In this document: piece after piece, positions 61,875 through 64,000 of the stretch
How positions within the stretch are numbered: the stretch's first letter is position 1
Layout of the letters: the number at the start of each line of letters is the position of its first letter
The notes under the pieces: model-generated
Seen by the model: only the letters and a program-made list of their open reading frames with translations
What the model was told of the DNA's origin: nothing
Databases searched by the model: none
Source: Gaiellales bacterium
GTDB taxonomy: Bacteria > Actinomycetota > Thermoleophilia > Gaiellales > JAICJC01
Assembly (NCBI GenBank): GCA_036273515.1
Contig: DASUHM010000049.1
Coordinates: 963 to 64,962, forward strand
Length of the DNA stretch: 64,000 bases
Direction: 5' to 3'
Made by a program: the position numbers and the translations under genes

Positions 61875-64000
61875 GCGGCCCGCCGCGCGAGCAGGCCGCC
61901 GAGGATGCGTTCGAGGGCCGCCTCGCAGGCGCCCAGGCCGAGTGTCTCGGAGACGAGCTCGCGGCCGCCGGCCGAGAGCTTCGCCCAGAGGCCGTCGTCG
62001 GCCTCGAGCCGCATCATGGCGTCCGCGAACTCCGCGGCGGTGTCGGCTATCAGCATCCCGCGCTCGGGCCGGGCGAAGCCCTCGGCGGCGATGGTCGTGC
62101 CGACGACCGGGACGCCCGCGGCCAGCGACTCGCCCACCTTGCCCTTGAGGCCCGCGCCGAAGCGAAGCGGCGCGATCGAGATGCGCCGGGCGGCCAGCTC
62201 GGCGTCCATCGACGGCAGGAAGCCGCGCGGCTGGGCGCCGGCCGCGCTTGCGAGCGCGGCGAGGTCGTCGGGCATGTTCGCGCCGGCGACGACGACAGGG
62301 TTCTCATGGCCGGCGGCGTGGAGCAGGGGCATGACGTCCGCGCAGAGCCAGCGGACGGCGTCGGCGTTGGGCGCGTGGCCGTAGCTGCCGACGAACAGCG
62401 ACCCGCGCCGGCCGGCCAGCGGCGCCACCGTCTCGGCGACGCGGTGGACGTTCCCGAGCACCTGCACGTCGGCGCCGGGCAGGAGGCCGGCCAGCAGGGC
62501 CCGCTCGTCCTCCGTCACGGCGAGGACGACGTCGGCGGCGGCGTAGACGGCCAGCTCCTGGGCCCGGCCGTGGTCGGCGCGGACGACGGCGACCTGGTCG
62601 CCGGCGAGCTCGGCGGCCCGGCGCATGCGCACGAAGTGGACGTCGACCGAGTCGACGGCGATCCGGGTGCGCGGCGTGACGGCGCGCAGTACGGGGACGG
62701 CCCGTGCGGCAAGGGTGTGGAACGAGACGATGGCGGCGTCGAAGCCCCGCCGCAGCAGCGCGTCGAGGTCGTCGCCGCGGTCGGTCGCGGCCACCTCGAT
62801 CCCGCTGCCCGCGAACCGCTCGGCGGCGGCCTCGTAGCCGGTGGATGTTTCGCAGGCGAGGGTCGTGCGGTAGCCCAGGCGGCGAAGCGCGAAGGCGATC
62901 TCGGACGCCCGGGTATGGCCCGCGCTTCTGCTCGGCTCGGGCATGTCGGGGTAGAAGAACAGGACCGACTCGCGCTCGCCGGGCGGGCCGGAGCGGCGGG
63001 GGACGCGGCGCGCGGGCGGCGTCACCCGGCCGCGGGCGAGGTCAGAGCCCGGCGCCTCACGGGCGGCGCGCATCCCCAGGTCGACGGCCTGGCGGATCCG
63101 CGCCTCGAGCGGGATGTCGGCGGCCGAGATGGCGGCCAGCTGGTCGGCGGTCTCGCCGGCCAATTGGCATTCGTCGCGTGTGTCAATTGCGATGTCGGCC
63201 GGCGTTTGCTCGTAGCGCACCGTCTCGACGCCGTTTCGGAACGCGCGCAGCGCCATGTAGCCCTCGTCGACCTTGTCCGCCTCGATGCGGTGGCCGACGC
63301 CTGCGGCGGTCACATAGCGGCCGTCGCCCAGGCCGAGCCGGTGCACGTGGGTCGCGGCCATGAACTCCTCGCCGCCGAGGCTGCCGCCCTCGCCGGCGCC
63401 GAACTGGACGTCGAACCCGCCGACGGCGTCGAGGATCGCTCGGCGGACGCCCCAGTTGCCGCCGTACACCTCGGCGCGGCCGGGGAACTCGAAATCGGCG
63501 TCGCCCAGCGAGAGCCCGCCGAAGAAGGACTCGAGGCCGGCGGCAGGCCAGCCGGCGGGGCGCTCGGCCGGCCAGAGCGGGTAGATCGGGCCGCCGGCGA
63601 TCACGACCCGCGGGTCGCAGAACGCGTCGCGCAGGCTCTCGATCCAGCCCGGCGCCGGGCGGGCGTCGTCGTCGAGGTAGACGAGCAGGTCGTTCGCGGC
63701 CACACGAGCGCCGGCGTTCCGGGCCCGCGAGAGCCCGGCGATCGGCTCGCGCACCACGCGCACGTGCGGGCCCAGCTCGATCTCGAGCGGGGTCACGCCG
63801 TTGTCGACGACGACGATCTCGCCGCCGTCGGCGAGGACGCCGTGGGCGGTGCAGGCTGCGACGCACTCGGAGACCTCGTCCGGGCGGTCGCGGGTGCACA
63901 GGATCACGCTCGCGGCCGGCCCGCAGGAAGCCCGGCCGACCCGCGACTCGGCGACGACGGCCAGGCCCCCGCCGGCAGCAGCCGCGGTCAGAAGCTCATG
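61871..64000 (-). CDS. Multi-domain glycosyltransferase (GT2 + GT4-like), 5' end beyond the window
   Basis: GT2 core (VILCTRDRPDE, YLDDD) and C-terminal GT-B motif (GAGLKGKVGESLAAGVPVVGT). The frame stays open from 63907 to base 64000, so the ORF-track start is probably internal. Confidence 0.75.
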   Translation of the reverse strand, partial: HELLTAAAAGGGLAVVAESRVGRASCGPAASVILCTRDRPDEVSECVAACTAHGVLADGGEIVVVDNGVTPLEIELGPHVRVVREPIAGLSRARNAGARVAANDLLVYLDDDARPAPGWIESLRDAFCDPRVVIAGGPIYPLWPAERPAGWPAAGLESFFGGLSLGDADFEFPGRAEVYGGNWGVRRAILDAVGGFDVQFGAGEGGSLGGEEFMAATHVHRLGLGDGRYVTAAGVGHRIEADKVDEGYMALRAFRNGVETVRYEQTPADIAIDTRDECQLAGETADQLAAISAADIPLEARIRQAVDLGMRAAREAPGSDLARGRVTPPARRVPRRSGPPGERESVLFFYPDMPEPSRSAGHTRASEIAFALRRLGYRTTLACETSTGYEAAAERFAGSGIEVAATDRGDDLDALLRRGFDAAIVSFHTLAARAVPVLRAVTPRTRIAVDSVDVHFVRMRRAAELAGDQVAVVRADHGRAQELAVYAAADVVLAVTEDERALLAGLLPGADVQVLGNVHRVAETVAPLAGRRGSLFVGSYGHAPNADAVRWLCADVMPLLHAAGHENPVVVAGANMPDDLAALASAAGAQPRGFLPSMDAELAARRISIAPLRFGAGLKGKVGESLAAGVPVVGTTIAAEGFARPERGMLIADTAAEFADAMMRLEADDGLWAKLSAGGRELVSETLGLGACEAALERILGGLLARRAA

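Overview
Very GC-rich (roughly 70%, judged by eye) chromosomal segment that looks actinobacterial. Genes are densely packed and many neighbours share 4-nt ATGA or GTGA stop/start overlaps. All calls come from reading the supplied translations and the DNA. No searches were run, so family names are motif-based recognitions.

Gene content, left to right:
- A mixed accessory stretch: AraC regulator, cupin, dodecin, FHA protein, DUF192, GH10 xylanase, and an epimerase plus membrane GT2 synthase pair.
- A two-component system (TCS) followed by three signal-bearing low-complexity proteins.
- A second TCS fused into a Tad/Flp pilus operon (cpaB, tadZ, tadA, tadB, tadC, flp).
- An LCP protein and a DUF929-VKOR disulfide module.
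- An NrtR-pncB-pncA::nadE NAD salvage operon.
- A principal-type sigma factor and a RipA-like NlpC/P60 hydrolase.
- A complete dcw cluster (mraZ through ftsZ).
- gcvT-gcvH-gcvPA-gcvPB.
- HAD, SDR, arfB, nfo and gltX.
- Two giant multi-domain glycosyltransferases; the last one runs off the window.

No rRNA, tRNA or CRISPR was seen.

The most unusual signals are not proteins:
1. A three-copy family of MITE-like elements with terminal inverted repeats (44028-44132, 51550-51748, 56915-57112). Each sits directly on the 3' end of an essential gene (murB, gcvPB, gltX), and its repeat supplies that gene's last codons and TGA stop.
2. A recurrent 13-20 nt palindromic motif, GGGGTCWGACCCC(GAACGG), at four intergenic sites.

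Other points of interest:
- The Tad operon includes a sensor-less histidine kinase and a zinc-ribbon protein.
- Three 10-bp-phased GTGGKG boxes overlap the mraZ promoter.
- A nicotinamidase and NAD synthetase are fused in one protein.
- One 1205-aa protein carries three glycosyltransferase domains.

I found no recognisable defence or toxin system.
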